Positions 25,747-37,153 of a stretch of DNA of 64,000 nucleotides are shown here, in pieces. Positions within the stretch are counted from its first letter, which is position 1. Each line of letters begins with the position of its first letter. The notes under the pieces are model-generated. The model had not been told where the DNA came from, did not search any database, and saw only the letters and a program-made list of their open reading frames with translations. The DNA comes from Podarcis cretensis. Taxonomy: Eukaryota. The translations under genes and the position numbers were made by a program. The stretch covers positions 17,422,001 to 17,486,000 of the forward strand of contig OX638164.1 of NCBI GenBank assembly GCA_951804945.1, read 5' to 3'.

Positions 25747-27993
25747 TCACTCTGCATGGATCTCAGTCTCGGGCCTCTGCAGGCAGAGCTCTGTGGGCAG
25801 GAATGCTCCCTGGCCCAAGGCTGTGGCGTAAGTCCTACTATGCGGATGAGCCAAGGGAGGGACCAAGCCCCCTCCTGCAGCGTAACCCCCTCTTTGGTGC
25901 TGAGGCATGGTATGGTAGTCATCCAAGTTATCGTACTGGGACACCACCGTCATAGTGCTTTGGCGCTTGCCAAGGGTTTGGTACGGGTAGATGAGGGCAG
26001 CGTCCCGCTCTATGCTCTCGGGGTGCTGGAGCCGGAGGCTGTGGCTCCGTTCCGGCTTAGGGGGTGGTGCTGCGGACTGTCCGTAGTGCTCGCCCTCTTT
26101 AAAGCAGTCCCGGGTGTGTTTCTCAGCAGCGGCAGGCGGCCTGGCCCGATGCCTCTCCATATCAGGCCTGTCCTCTGCCAGCTTCACCTCCTTGTGGTTC
26201 AGTCTCAAGGCATCGTGGCTGGCTGGGGCGTACTTCCCACCGGAGTGCTGGTACCCGGTGGATTCTGGTGGTTCCTGGTGGCCCTTTGGTCGGTAGTCAG
26301 CATAAGGGGGCCCGTTTTTAGACTCCAGTGGCTGCCTGTGGCTGGCTTCATGGGGCAGGTGCATCCTGTGCTCAGACGAATTGCAACCCGCCTCATGCGG
26401 TTTCCTGCTCCTGAGGCTGCTTTGCTTTTGAGGGAGTGACGCTTTCTCAGACTGCCCATTCCCATAGGTTCCGTGGTAATGTGCTCTGTCCACGTCCGGT
26501 TCCGGATGTGGCACATAATAGCGCTCCTCCCCTTCAGGGGGCACTACTTTGCCTGGATACTTCCCTTCCTTTCCATCAGCAACCGTGAGGAGTCCAGTTT
26601 TCCCAGGATCGGATTTGCTGCGCAGGTGAACAACGTCCACAGTCCTCAGCTCGTCCTGCAGCAGAGGGGCGACGTTGTCATACTGGGACATGACAGGCCC
26701 TTTCACTTTCTGGCGTGCGCGGCTCTCTCGGCGAATGGACTGCACCCGGTACTTCTCCATGTCCTCCAAGTCCCAGGAGACGTACATGGGCTTGGAGTCA
26801 GGCGCAGGCGGCACATCCCTGCTAATGAAACTGTGCTCCTTGCCCGCCAGGTGTCCAGCGAGGCCTCCCCGGGGGTAGGGAGGCAGGCCAGGACAGCGAT
26901 ACAAACTCTTGGTCTGCAGTCGGGAGTAGGACGCAAAGTCTCTGCCCGGGAGTGGGTGCAGCGGCCTCAGCCTCATCGTGCCGTAAGGGTCCAGGTCATA
27001 AAACCCACTGTCGGCCGCCGAGTAGCAGGAGGGGCCGGAGGAGCTTGAATAGGGGCTGTACCGGTAATGAACCCGCCCGTTCTCAAAGTAAGGCTGCAGC
27101 TGAGTGACATGGTAATCTGTGTGGGGCTGATATGGCTTATATTGGTAGAGGGGCCTTGGGCAATACAAGGGCTCGTCGTCAGGAGGCACCTCGGTGCGGG
27201 AGATGGGGACTGACCGGATGGCAGAGGGAGCAGAGACGTGGAGCGAGTGCACTCTCCGGATGGAGGGGTAGGGGGGCGTTTCCTCCACATAACTCGTGCT
27301 CCTCATGGTGGGGCTCATGGAGGACAAGTACTCCACTCGGCTGCGAGGCTTGGCGTGATGGACGGACGCACTCTTCCCTTGAGTGGCGTAGGTGTTGTAC
27401 CTGGGGCCCATGGAGGTGGGGGCCTCCGACAGCGACGGGTAGCCAGGGTGCTGCTCAGACTTGCTGTGGTAGAGGTGGGAAGGGATGCTTTCAGCCCTGT
27501 ACTGGTGGGTAGATGTCGGCTTGTGATGCACGTAGTTCTCCGACACGGGGGGCTCGGGGGAGCTCTCTGGCTTGGAGTGGGAGAAATAGGCAGACTGAAG
27601 AGAGGTGTGTTTCGGAGGGGGAGGTGGGGGCGGAGCTTCCTCCACAGGTGGCGGCAGTGTGGATGCAGCCACAAAGGAGTGGTAACTGGCAGCATTCATG
27701 GGGTCCACGTTGTTTGAATGCATGGCTGCTGCAATTTTACTCTCCATCGTCCTCACGGGTGGCACCGGAGGTGTAAATCCATAGGAGGGCTGAGCTGGGA
27801 CTGATTCAGACCTCAGCTGCAGTGGGGGGGCCCTGGCATTCTCTCGAGGCTTTTCCAAGTGGCCTGGGTGAAGCGTGACATGAGGGGTGGCGGAAGTGCA
27901 CTGGATCGTGGCACTACCCTCGGTGACGAAAATGGGGGCTGGCTCAGCTGATCTAGGCTCGGGCAGTTTCTCAGAAGGTGCCTCTCCTCGTAC
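25747..27993 (-). CDS. ARHGAP32: ARHGAP32 terminal coding exon (VRGEAPSEK...RSKSDPGK...RPETEIHAE*)
   Basis: Core of 831-aa ORF 25747..28242; ccag acceptor at 27995-27994, phase 0; RRESRARQKVKGPVMSQYDN, RSKSDP and C-terminal IHAE as in vertebrate ARHGAP32; TGA at 25749-25747. Confidence 0.95.
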   Translation of the reverse strand, partial: VRGEAPSEKLPEPRSAEPAPIFVTEGSATIQCTSATPHVTLHPGHLEKPRENARAPPLQLRSESVPAQPSYGFTPPVPPVRTMESKIAAAMHSNNVDPMNAASYHSFVAASTLPPPVEEAPPPPPPPKHTSLQSAYFSHSKPESSPEPPVSENYVHHKPTSTHQYRAESIPSHLYHSKSEQHPGYPSLSEAPTSMGPRYNTYATQGKSASVHHAKPRSRVEYLSSMSPTMRSTSYVEETPPYPSIRRVHSLHVSAPSAIRSVPISRTEVPPDDEPLYCPRPLYQYKPYQPHTDYHVTQLQPYFENGRVHYRYSPYSSSSGPSCYSAADSGFYDLDPYGTMRLRPLHPLPGRDFASYSRLQTKSLYRCPGLPPYPRGGLAGHLAGKEHSFISRDVPPAPDSKPMYVSWDLEDMEKYRVQSIRRESRARQKVKGPVMSQYDNVAPLLQDELRTVDVVHLRSKSDPGKTGLLTVADGKEGKYPGKVVPPEGEERYYVPHPEPDVDRAHYHGTYGNGQSEKASLPQKQSSLRSRKPHEAGCNSSEHRMHLPHEASHRQPLESKNGPPYADYRPKGHQEPPESTGYQHSGGKYAPASHDALRLNHKEVKLAEDRPDMERHRARPPAAAEKHTRDCFKEGEHYGQSAAPPPKPERSHSLRLQHPESIERDAALIYPYQTLGKRQSTMTVVSQYDNLDDYHTMPQHQRGGYAAGGGLVPPLAHPHSRTYATALGQGAFLPTELCLQRPETEIHAE

Positions 27994-28838
27994 CTGGTGT
28001 GAGAAAGAACAGCAAGCATTAGTTGTGACCTCTGCACACTCTTGAGCAGGACAGAGGCAGACTTTGGTGACAAGCTGAACTGGTTTCTTTAGCTGGAATG
28101 GAACAACTTCACTGACCCTGCTCCTTACTGGGCTCATGGGAGTGGGTACAAGGTCTCCTTCACAAGCCTGGCAATATGGGCAAATGACTCCTTGGCTGGC
28201 CGGTGCAGTATTCTCTGCTCCCCAAGCACAGCAAGAGTTCACATCTGGATCTTAAGTAGAGCTTGCACATTCTTTGCTGCCTTTCAACAGGATTGCACCA
28301 CTACCATGGCAAAGGAAATGAAACCAGCTAGAGACTGGAAAAGCTCTATCTCAAAGCACATCACAATCCAAAGGCACCAGTTGTTGTCTATGGAAGGAAA
28401 AAATTTCCTTCCACTCCTCTGTAAGTAATTACAGCTAGCAGGCAAAGAACACCACCTGCTGCTGAGCTTGGCTGCTACATGTCTGCTTCCTTTGTTATGA
28501 CAACCCCAAGCATCAACCGACTGAAAGCTGACGTTCTCTATGGCTGACTTTCCCCAAAACCTCTTTGTCAAAGTTTTGCTATGTCTAGGAACTTCACTGG
28601 CAACTGGCAAAAAGTTATTAACCCCATCTCACCCTGCTGAACAAATCCAACCATTTTCTGTCTTTGAGGAGAAGAAAGCAAATTTAAAAGCCAGCAGAGA
28701 CAGGTAAACAGTGGTGAAGGCTGAGGATTAGCAATTTTGCCTAAGGTTTTCCCCATTAATCACGATGGGCATAATCTATTCTCCTAAGACTTCCAGGCTG
28801 AGCAGAGAGGGTGGAAGAGGAACCTGTGGATTATTTAC

Positions 28839-29869
28839 CTGACTGAAGCCACTGGAAGCTTTTGTAGCTGCAGCTGGGGCTTGCCCCACAGCTGGCTGAT
28901 GGTCCCCTGGTCTGTGCACTGGAGCTTGCTGGCTGCCAGCCAGAGCGTGCTGAGCAGTCATGAGCGGTGCTTCTCCCCATGTGTTGCTGCTGGTGGTGGT
29001 GACTGTGGTCGGCTGAGGAGCAATATTCGGGCTGACTACTCCAGGATCCATTTCTGTTGCTGCCGTCTGGTTCTTTATCATCATGTATGCCAGGACGGTT
29101 GCAGCTGCTTTCTCCCCAGCAGTGACAGGAGGGAACTGGGCTTTGTCTGCTGTGCAGACAGGAAAGTGGAGCTTGCTGGCATGAATTTGGGTCTTGTCCA
29201 AAGGGAGGCAAGTGTGGAGATGAGAGTTCTCCATGGGTATCTCTGCTGTAGGTGGTTCTGATTGAACTGCTCCTCTTGCGCAGGGATGATGATGATGAGG
29301 TGGAGGGGGAGGAGGAGGAGGGTGTTTCTGGTCCTCAGGCGTAACAGAATGAGCAAGGTGGTGGTTGTCTCCCAACATACAAGGATGGAAGTGGGTGTGG
29401 TCCCAGCTCATGTTAGTGCCACTGTGAACATCTCCAGACACTTCAGGAGGGAGGAGGGGATGGTCCCAATTTCCAGGTGTGCCATGTAAGTGATTGCTGC
29501 CCTCAGGCATGCCACTGATTTGAGGTGCCTGGTCTACAGGTAACCCACTTCTGTGGTGCTCTCCAAGTGCAGCTGCCTGAAAAGTGAGCTGGTTCTCTGG
29601 CAAAGCAGTATAGAGGTGGAGCTTTTCTGGAGTGATGCCAGAACACGGATGGAACATTTCTACAGTTCCTCCGCTTTCAGTCTCTGCCGCACCGGTACAG
29701 TCAGAATGAACGTCTGGCTTCTTCTGGGACTGAGCAGAGGCTTGTTGGGCAGACTCTGCCAGGGCTAAGGCTAGAATGCGTGCAGCGTTTTTCGGAGGAG
29801 GAGGAGGAGGGACAACAGAGACAGAATTGACTGGAACAGGATCCTGGGGGGAGTCGAGGGCAACTGCTC
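28839..29869 (-). CDS. ARHGAP32: ARHGAP32 penultimate exon (AVALDSPQDPVPVNSVSVVPPPPPPKNAARILALALAESAQQAS...SSGFSQ)
   Basis: Core of ORF 28776..29954; conserved PPPPPPKN.AR.LALALAESAQQAS motif; ctag acceptor and gtaaat donor; 1031 nt, phase 1/0. Confidence 0.92.
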
Positions 29870-30578
29870 CTAGTGGGAGGAAGAGTAGAAAAACAAAAAG
29901 AAGAGAATGATTTACTTTATCCTGTAAGGAGAGCGAGAAATTCCTATAGACCATTATAAAAAAATAGATTCTTCCAACATTTCACAGTGGCAACTCCTTG
30001 GCGTGACAAAGTGCATCTTCTGTCATACATGCAAACAGGACAGCAGTTCGGCGTGAAAAGCGCAAGAGATTGTCTAAAGTTTCCTGTTGCATTCCTAGAG
30101 AGCTAGGCAGCAGATAATGCAGAAAGAAAAGGTCAGAACCTTTTGATGGGATCTTGTGTACAATTTAATTTCAGGTTACTTTTGGCCAAAAAAAGGTCCC
30201 TTCTTCAAGTGTAGCCAGATTTATTTATTTATTATTTATTATTTTAAAAAAATTAAAAATAAAAGAGTTTATCAGGTGGCATATTGATTTGCAAGGACTG
30301 CAAGAGATCATTTCACGTTATGAAAGAGTGGAAAGATATAGGGATATATAAAATATTCAAGCATTTTTTTTGCGATGCAAGGAGGCCGCAGAGAAGCTTT
30401 GGGTTCCTTCAAAGCTTCCTATTAGGACCCGAGCAACCTCCACATGCTCTGGAAGACACGCACTCTGGATTTCTATTACCAGATTGTTTTCCCCCCTCTC
30501 TTTTTAAAGGCACGCAGAGAAGCAAGAGAGCTGGTTGCTTGTGAATTTAAAGAAAGAATGGAGGAAAGCACACTGTAC

Positions 30579-31457
30579 CTGGCTGTGTCTGTGCAGAAGG
30601 TACAGGCTTACTCTGGCTGCTGTTCAGGGGTTGCTCCACCTCTTCTAGAAGCTCCGGCTTCTTAGCATCTCCTTGACTCTGGAACTCCAGCTGGCATCCT
30701 TCGTTTGCTCTCCCCTCAGTGGCCTTCAAGGGGGACACCACCAGGTGGGGTGGAGACCTGCTTGTGGCTTCACTGGTGCCAGACATCCCTTTGGCCCAGT
30801 CTGGAGGACCTGCACTCCCTGCTCCCCCTCCGATGACAACATCCGGCATGTGGCTGGGCATGGTGAAGGAGATTGGCTCCAACAAACTCAGTGGCGGAGA
30901 CTTGAATGGCTTTCGCCCCATCTTGGGGGAGAAGGCATGGGCGACATTTTCAGAGAAAGTTATGGGTTTGGACGGTTTCTCTTCTGTTGGGCTCAAGTCC
31001 AGAGTGAAGAAAGGACTCATGGTCTTCTCCTGGTAGGGGGAAACTGGTTCTGAGCTGGTGGCACTGCCAGGGGTGTGCGACTGGCTGCCCGAGTCTAGTT
31101 CCTTCTTAAAGGTGTTTTGCTTATCTTTATTAAAGTCCACTGACTCCAACAGGGAGGTGCTGCTGTCAAGACACTCAGACTCTGCCTTGGGAGGGCTGCA
31201 CTGAAAAGACATGGGATCAAAATCCAGGCTAGCCACACCGATCTCAGGTGGGCTCAGGTCAACGTCTTCTGCTGACCTTGGAGAGATGAGGGCTGGGACG
31301 TGGATATGCCCCTCATCCCCGTCACTCTCGTGGTCATGCGGCACATTATCATAGGAATTGCAGCGGTTCATGTTTCCCAGGAGCTCCCCATTAAAGGAAG
31401 CAGACAATGCATCACTGCTAGACCTTGGTCTTCGGGGTCGAAACAGTTTAGATTCAC
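30579..31457 (-). CDS. ARHGAP32: ARHGAP32 exon (ESKLFRPRRPRSSSDALSASFNG...SAQTQP)
   Basis: Core of ORF 30547..31536; ctag acceptor and gtacag donor; 879 nt, phase 1/1. Confidence 0.94.
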
Positions 31458-31822
31458 CTAGCAAAGAAGAGAGCAGATTCCCATTAATATAGTCATCAGG
31501 TATATAAACTACAAGCAATGTTCTATTTTCTTCCACTTCTCTGTAACCAGAATAAAGATTGTGCTCAAAAGTTTGGTCTCATGTGTTTGGAGTCAGAATC
31601 ATTTCTTCCTTTGCCACACCCCAAACTATATCCCAATTATTCTTTCTAGAACTGCTAGAACTGCTGTGAAATTTTCTAGGCCGGTTTTCTGATGGTACAG
31701 CAATTCCTTAGAATTGCTGCTAAAATCAGTCAGACTGATTTGGCTCATTAAGGAATGTATACAAGCAACTTCCCTCTCCCATCACAAAGTTGAATCTGAC
31801 CAAAGACCTTTTTCCATCTTAC

Positions 31823-31897
31823 CATCTATAGCATGTAAAGACGAGAGGGACTCTTCACTCTTAGCTGAGCGCAGGGTCCCACTGTCTCCTCGCCCTC
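31823..31897 (-). CDS. ARHGAP32: ARHGAP32 exon (GRGDSGTLRSAKSEESLSSLHAID)
   Basis: TLRSAKSEESL motif by manual translation; ccag acceptor and gtaaga donor; 75 nt, phase 1/1. Confidence 0.94.
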
Positions 31898-32011
31898 CTG
31901 GATAACAAAAAACATTTTTATGCATTTAATAAATGGGAACATATTCTCAGAGACAGATATTTGTTTTTCTTTCATAAGAGGGGACACTTTTTATTTTAAA
32001 AGTCCTTAGAA

Positions 32012-32328
32012 CAGGTGTAGGCAACCTAAGGCCTGTGGGCTGGATGCGGCCCAATCGCCTTCTCAATCCGGCCCACAGATGGTCCAGGAATTTTATATGA
32101 GTAGAATGTGTCCTTTTACTTAAAATACATCTCTGGGTTATTTGTGGGGCTTGCCTGGTGTTTTTTTACATGAGTAAAATGTGTGCTTTTATTTAAAATG
32201 CATCTCTGGGTTATTTGTGGGGCATAGGAATTCGTTCATCCCCCCCCAAAAAAAAATACAGTCTGGCCCACCACATGGTCTGAGGGACGGTGGACCGGCC
32301 CATGGCTGAAAAAGGTTGCTGACCCCTG
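32012..32328. mobile_element. hAT (Charlie-type) MITE with internal duplication, in ARHGAP32 intron
   Basis: TIR CAGGTGTAGGCAACC / GGTTGCTGACCCCTG; perfect 8-bp TSD CCTTAGAA; the block ending catctctgggttatttgtggggc occurs twice. Confidence 0.9.
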
Positions 32329-32508
32329 CCTTAGAACATCGAGGTGATCTGAATCACAGTACTGAACAGCTTTCAAACTGTTCAAGATTAAAACTACAAG
32401 TGTAGCTGCTCTTTGATTGACTTCCCTGCATTCCACATGAAGTCAAAGTCAACGCTGCAATTGTTTCTGGCTTAGAATCTTACTGCCCTGGCTAAGAGGT
32501 CCGCATAC

Positions 32509-32654
32509 CTGCAAGGGCTATTGCCTTCATTTCGGAGGGCTCACTTGGGTTGCGCTGCAGCTTCCGTTTGGAGAGAGAAGACGACTTCCCCAGGTTGAAA
32601 AAGGAGCGCCAGCTGCCAACAGGAGATTTCTTCATCTTACTGGGTGGTCTCTTT
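32509..32654 (-). CDS. ARHGAP32: ARHGAP32 exon (KRPPSKMKKSPVGSWRSFFNLGKSSSLSKRKLQRNPSEPSEMKAIALA)
   Basis: WRSFFNLGKS motif in ORF 32492..32779; tcag acceptor and gtatgc donor; 146 nt, phase 2/1. Confidence 0.95.
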
Positions 32655-32819
32655 CTGAAGTGAGACAGCAAGAAGGAATTTGCACTTAACAGATTGTGAG
32701 AAATCTCTAATTGTGGCAAAGCATACCTAGCTGCAAAAAGAAGAAGAAAATCATTTACGGTAGTAATTTTGCTGCACATCCCTTACAAAATAAAGGCAAA
32801 CATAAAAAGTCAATAGACA

Positions 32820-32973
32820 NNNNNNNNNNNNNNNNNNNNNNNNNNNNNNNNNNNNNNNNNNNNNNNNNNNNNNNNNNNNNNNNNNNNNNNNNNNNNNNNN
32901 NNNNNNNNNNNNNNNNNNNNNNNNNNNNNNNNNNNNNNNNNNNNNNNNNNNNNNNNNNNNNNNNNNNNNNNNN
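32820..32973. other. Assembly gap (154 N) inside an intron
   Basis: Run of N; flanking exons join in phase, so no constitutive exon needs to lie in it. Confidence 0.99.
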
Positions 32974-33746
32974 CTTTAAAACTGTGTCTGTGATCCAACC
33001 TGAACAACTCAATGCTGACAGCACCCAATGCAAATGTCAGGTGAAGGGCAGGATGACAGAAGGATCTGCTTCCCTTACCCCTTCCTGCTCTTAGGCTCAG
33101 GTCTTTGGACAACCACAGCAAAGGCGCCACTACTGAGAAGACCCTATCCTGTTTCACTGTTGGGATTCCACCCCCTCATCTTGATGTTATGAACAAACAT
33201 GGCCATTTTCAGAATTATGATATAAAAATACTAAAAGTAAGAGCTGCTCTGCTGGATCAGAGCAAATGCCTATCTAGTCCAGCAGTCTGTTTTCACAATG
33301 GCCACCCAGACACCCAATGTGAGAAGCCCACAAGCAGGACACAAAGGCAACGATTAGAATCACACCCCAGGGATGTCACACACTACCAAAGATATTGCTA
33401 GAAAGGGAGGGAGAAAGTGTCAGTATTTTTTATTTTATTTTTGGTAGCTGCCCATTCCATGTTTGGTGCCCTCTTACTTACAACAGAGGAGCAAACCAAA
33501 CCCCAGTAGATGTGTGACCCATCAAGATTAGAGCTTCAAGTGCTGGCAAAATTCATGCAAGAGATTAATTTAAGGACTTTAAAGAGAGGTAAGCTTCTAA
33601 AGCCCCCCGTGCTTATGAAAAGAGCCCCCCACCTGCCGCTCTTTAACAGCCTCCCTGGTAAGTGTACCAGGCAACCAATGGGAGAAGTGGTGGTGCACAA
33701 GCTGATTAACAATGTTTGCCCCTGAAGCCCAAGGGACTCTCAATAA

Positions 33747-33771
33747 CTCTCTCTCTCTCTCTCTCTCTCTC
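33747..33771. repeat. (CT)n microsatellite
   Basis: Direct observation. Confidence 0.9.
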
Positions 33772-34628
33772 ATGAGTTTTGTGCTAACAAACTGTTATGT
33801 AGGACATTAGGGAGATGGGAAGGGAGAAAATCCTTCCCCTCTTCTCTTTTCATGCACCCACCACTGCAGTTCCCATCTTCACTGATTGGCAAAGAAGTAA
33901 ACCAATAGGGAGGGTGGTTTGTGGGTAATGGGAAGGGCTTGTGTTGATGGTAAAAGTAAGCAGTGATGGATTCTCAAATTAGCTCAGAAAAAAAGGAAAT
34001 TGGAAACCAGGGCGGGAAGGACCTGAAAAAGGCTCAACAACAAGAATTTCACCAGAGAAGAAACTGTCCAACCAAACACAGCCATAGGCAGGGTAGCTCT
34101 GGAGGTGGGATGACTCCACCCCCTGGGAGGGAAAAGGCTCTGAAGACCCTGCCAATCAAGTTCAGAGGGAGGTGTCGTCCTGTCAAAAGAATGTTCTGCA
34201 ACCTCCAATCCAGGAAGAGCTCTGGAAAGCTTGCCAATATTTAGGAAAAATCAACATCTAATTTCTCAATGGACCACCAACCACTAATTGAATAAAAAAA
34301 GTTATAGAATATAAAATATACTCACTGAGTGGTATAAGCAAGCAAGCAAACAAGCAAACAAACAAACAGCAATAACAAACTGTCTAAAACTGACATACTT
34401 AAGAATCTTTCAACAAAACAGCCAACAAAGACCCTGGAGATTGACCATGTATAAGGCAACTCCCCCCGCCCCCAGCAAACTCTGCTATTGATAATTTGAA
34501 AGTGATCATTAGAAAGGCAATGCACAACAGCCATACAGTCAGCTGCAACAATTCCCCTATGCAAGTCAGTCCTGTAGCTTAAAAGCAATAACAATGGACA
34601 CATGTCTTCTAAAGAAAACTGCCTCTAC

Positions 34629-34830
34629 CTTTCAGATGGGAAGTCTATGATTGTGTGGAATTTTCCCTGCAGAGCAGCAGGTCCTTCACCCACTTCAATG
34701 TACTTGCTGTCTGCCACGATTGGGGAATTTATCTGGGCCTGAGTTCTTGCTTGTGCTTCCTCCAAGGTGAGCAGTTTTGTGGAGGGCGAAGACACCAGCA
34801 GGGATTTCGGCCTTGATAAGGAACTGTGAC
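34629..34830 (-). CDS. ARHGAP32: ARHGAP32 exon (HSSLSRPKSLLVSSPSTKLLTLEEAQARTQAQ...GKFHTIIDFPSER)
   Basis: LLTLEEAQAR and FHTII motifs typical of ARHGAP30/31/32/33; gcag acceptor and gtagag donor; 202 nt, phase 1/2. Confidence 0.95.
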
Positions 34831-36339
34831 CTGCCAGAAAAATGCAAAACAAGGGCAGATGAAGATAAGACACCAGGGGAAGAAGCAACGACAAACCTGT
34901 GCAGTAGTTCAGGAGAGAGGTTTGTACAGTGCAGCACTTTGTTCCCTACATCCACACCAAAACAGAATCATATTACTGTTTGGTACTTTGAAAGCACGAA
35001 AACAAGATGAATGCAGGACCACAGTTGCATTAGGAAACTTGCTTGTAGAATGAAAATAAGTTTGGTTTGAGTTGATTTTGAGTTGATCAGTTGATTTTAT
35101 AATGTTATTTTCCCTGCCCTTTAGATGACGCTTTGGTAGGAATAAGACTGGACTGACAACTTTCTTTTAAAGCCATAGCAAACTGGATGTTTGAAGTTCT
35201 CCATTTGCTTCAAACACATTCGGTCAGCCTACATGCCACCCAAATGCAAACTGCCTAATGGGCGTTGAATGCTCCTTGTCACATCACACAGCAAACGTGT
35301 GTGTGCAAGTTTTATCTACAAATTAAACCTAAGCCAGTACAATAATCAGGACAATTATATGAATTTCCACAGTCCATTTTCAAGACTAACGAGCATGCTG
35401 ACTACTTTGTTTTCCAGAAGAGAGATTTCTTGGAGGTTGTATAACTGAAAGCAGGACCTGCTAGAGATGAGTTAGGAAAGTCTGTGTGCAGGAGTCATGC
35501 TGGGCCCAGGCACAACCTCAGCCAACGAATCCTTTGATGGCAACCCAGACCTTCCAATGATTGACAACTCAGGTGAGTAGTCAGAGCTCCCTGAAGCAAG
35601 CACTGACGCCACCTCCAGGGGATGCTCTCAAATAATCCTTGGGTTGGGTTGCAGACAGAAGAACCCATGGCTGACTCAAACCTGAAAGCCCAATGTTGCT
35701 GCATGACTCTTAAGTAAAGGGCTTGTAAGCAGCAAGACTTCTCAAGTGTAGAACAAATTCAGACACCTGCAGTTGGGAGGCCAGGCTGCATCAGGCTGTG
35801 GTTGGAGCCAGTTGCTAGAAGCATTGCCATGTTGTGCAGTTTTCCCTACTCCTTGCCTTGCCCTGGCCTGCTTTCTTCTGGACCTCCTTAGTTGCCACCC
35901 TTTCAACTCCTGTGTAATAATGCTACCTGCTATTAATTACTGGTTATCTTAAAGTTATTATTCTCTGCCTGTATTCCAGCCTTTTCCAAGGGAACCAAAA
36001 CTAGACACAATACCCTAGAGAGCATGTAAAATCAGAAGAGTATACGTCATGTGAAGCAAAAATTTGTCATGAAAGCTTTTAGAATTTAAAGCGCTATGAT
36101 CAGCATGGATCATGACAGTTAACAGGGGTCACCTTCCTATGCTTCCATTTTATAAATTTGTTAAGCATCATTAGCCCGCAGTGTAGGGAGGGATAATAAG
36201 AGACAACAAAAAGCCTGCATTTCTTCATTTAGGCAGTGAAGTATGAAAATGACACACTTTGATGCCGCTCTATACATATTTTGCAAGTTTTGGAACTCTT
36301 TGAATTTTAACCTGCTGTCTCTTCCCTGGGGAAACATAC

Positions 36340-36485
36340 CTGCACTTTCTCGAATCACAGAGCTTAGTTTGGAGCTAAAAAGGACATCCACATGATTGAG
36401 AATGAATTCCACAACCACTGACTGAATTCGCACCTCCATAAAAGCAGCCGTTCCACTGAAGCAAGCAGATTCTATCTGCTTTGAT
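36340..36485 (-). CDS. ARHGAP32: ARHGAP32 exon (SKQIESACFSGTAAFMEVRIQSVVVEFILNHVDVLFSSKLSSVIRESA), end of RhoGAP domain
   Basis: Within ORF 36161..36694; ttag acceptor and gtatgt donor; 146 nt, phase 2/1. Confidence 0.95.
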
Positions 36486-37008
36486 CTAAGGAAAAACATG
36501 AGAGATGACATGTTAGCAACAACCAAGCAGGGGGAACTCTGGATCAGCAGAATAACTTGATGTACAACACAACAGGCTTCTCTCCTTCTTGCGCAAGGAC
36601 AAACATTGTTTGGTGACTCCCATTCACAAAGAAGGCTACTTTCTTTGAAACTGCTGTCCTGGTTCTTTCTGAACTCCTTTGCTCTAATTAGCAATGTTCA
36701 TATAGTGCCCAAACTGCTCTGCAAGAAACTTTAAGCACTGCAGGTGGAGAAAGTTGTTTGTCTAGGTGGGAATGGAAAGATGCTGATGGACTCATGAATT
36801 CTCCAGCTACTAACGGGGAAGCAAACTTATTCTTGCAATAAAAGACTGGAAAAAGAGGGTATTTCCAATGATGGAAAGCCAAACTGTAAAAGTCTAAAAA
36901 GCAGCCGCACTGTGCACACATTGCTGCATAGCCTAGGGCCTATGGCTTGCACACCCTCTCCTACTGCATGTTGATGCTATGTAAGATGGTGATGATGTAT
37001 GTATTAAA

Positions 37009-37153
37009 AGCTTAGTTTGTTAGAGCGTGGTGCTGATAATGCCAAGGTTGCAGATTTGATCCCTATATGGGACAACTGCATATTCCTGCATTGCAGGGGG
37101 TTGGACTAAATGATCCTCAGGGTCCCTTCCAACTCTATGAGTCTATGAATCTA
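37009..37153 (+). mobile_element. tRNA-Ile-derived SINE with CR1-like tail
   Basis: agcttagtttgttagagcgtggtgctgataatgccaaggttgcag..tgatccc resembles tRNA-Ile; followed by ttcctgcattgcagggggttggact...ccttccaactctatga. Confidence 0.8.

Noticed and set aside
25756-27776. Long plus-strand ORFs (227, 191 and 159 aa) antisense to the last exon
   Set aside because: Shadow ORFs of GC-rich coding sequence; no recognisable protein features or splice/promoter context
27994-28242. N-terminal extension of the 831-aa ORF, and similar extensions of other exon ORFs
   Set aside because: Intronic read-through upstream of clear AG acceptors; phases match only at the splice sites listed
32711-33157. ORFs spanning the N run
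   Set aside because: Artefacts of the assembly gap
37009-37075. tRNA-Ile-like sequence, and tRNA-Lys-like sequence at ~60685-60752
   Set aside because: Stems are degenerate and fused to CR1 tails, so these are SINE heads rather than tRNA genes
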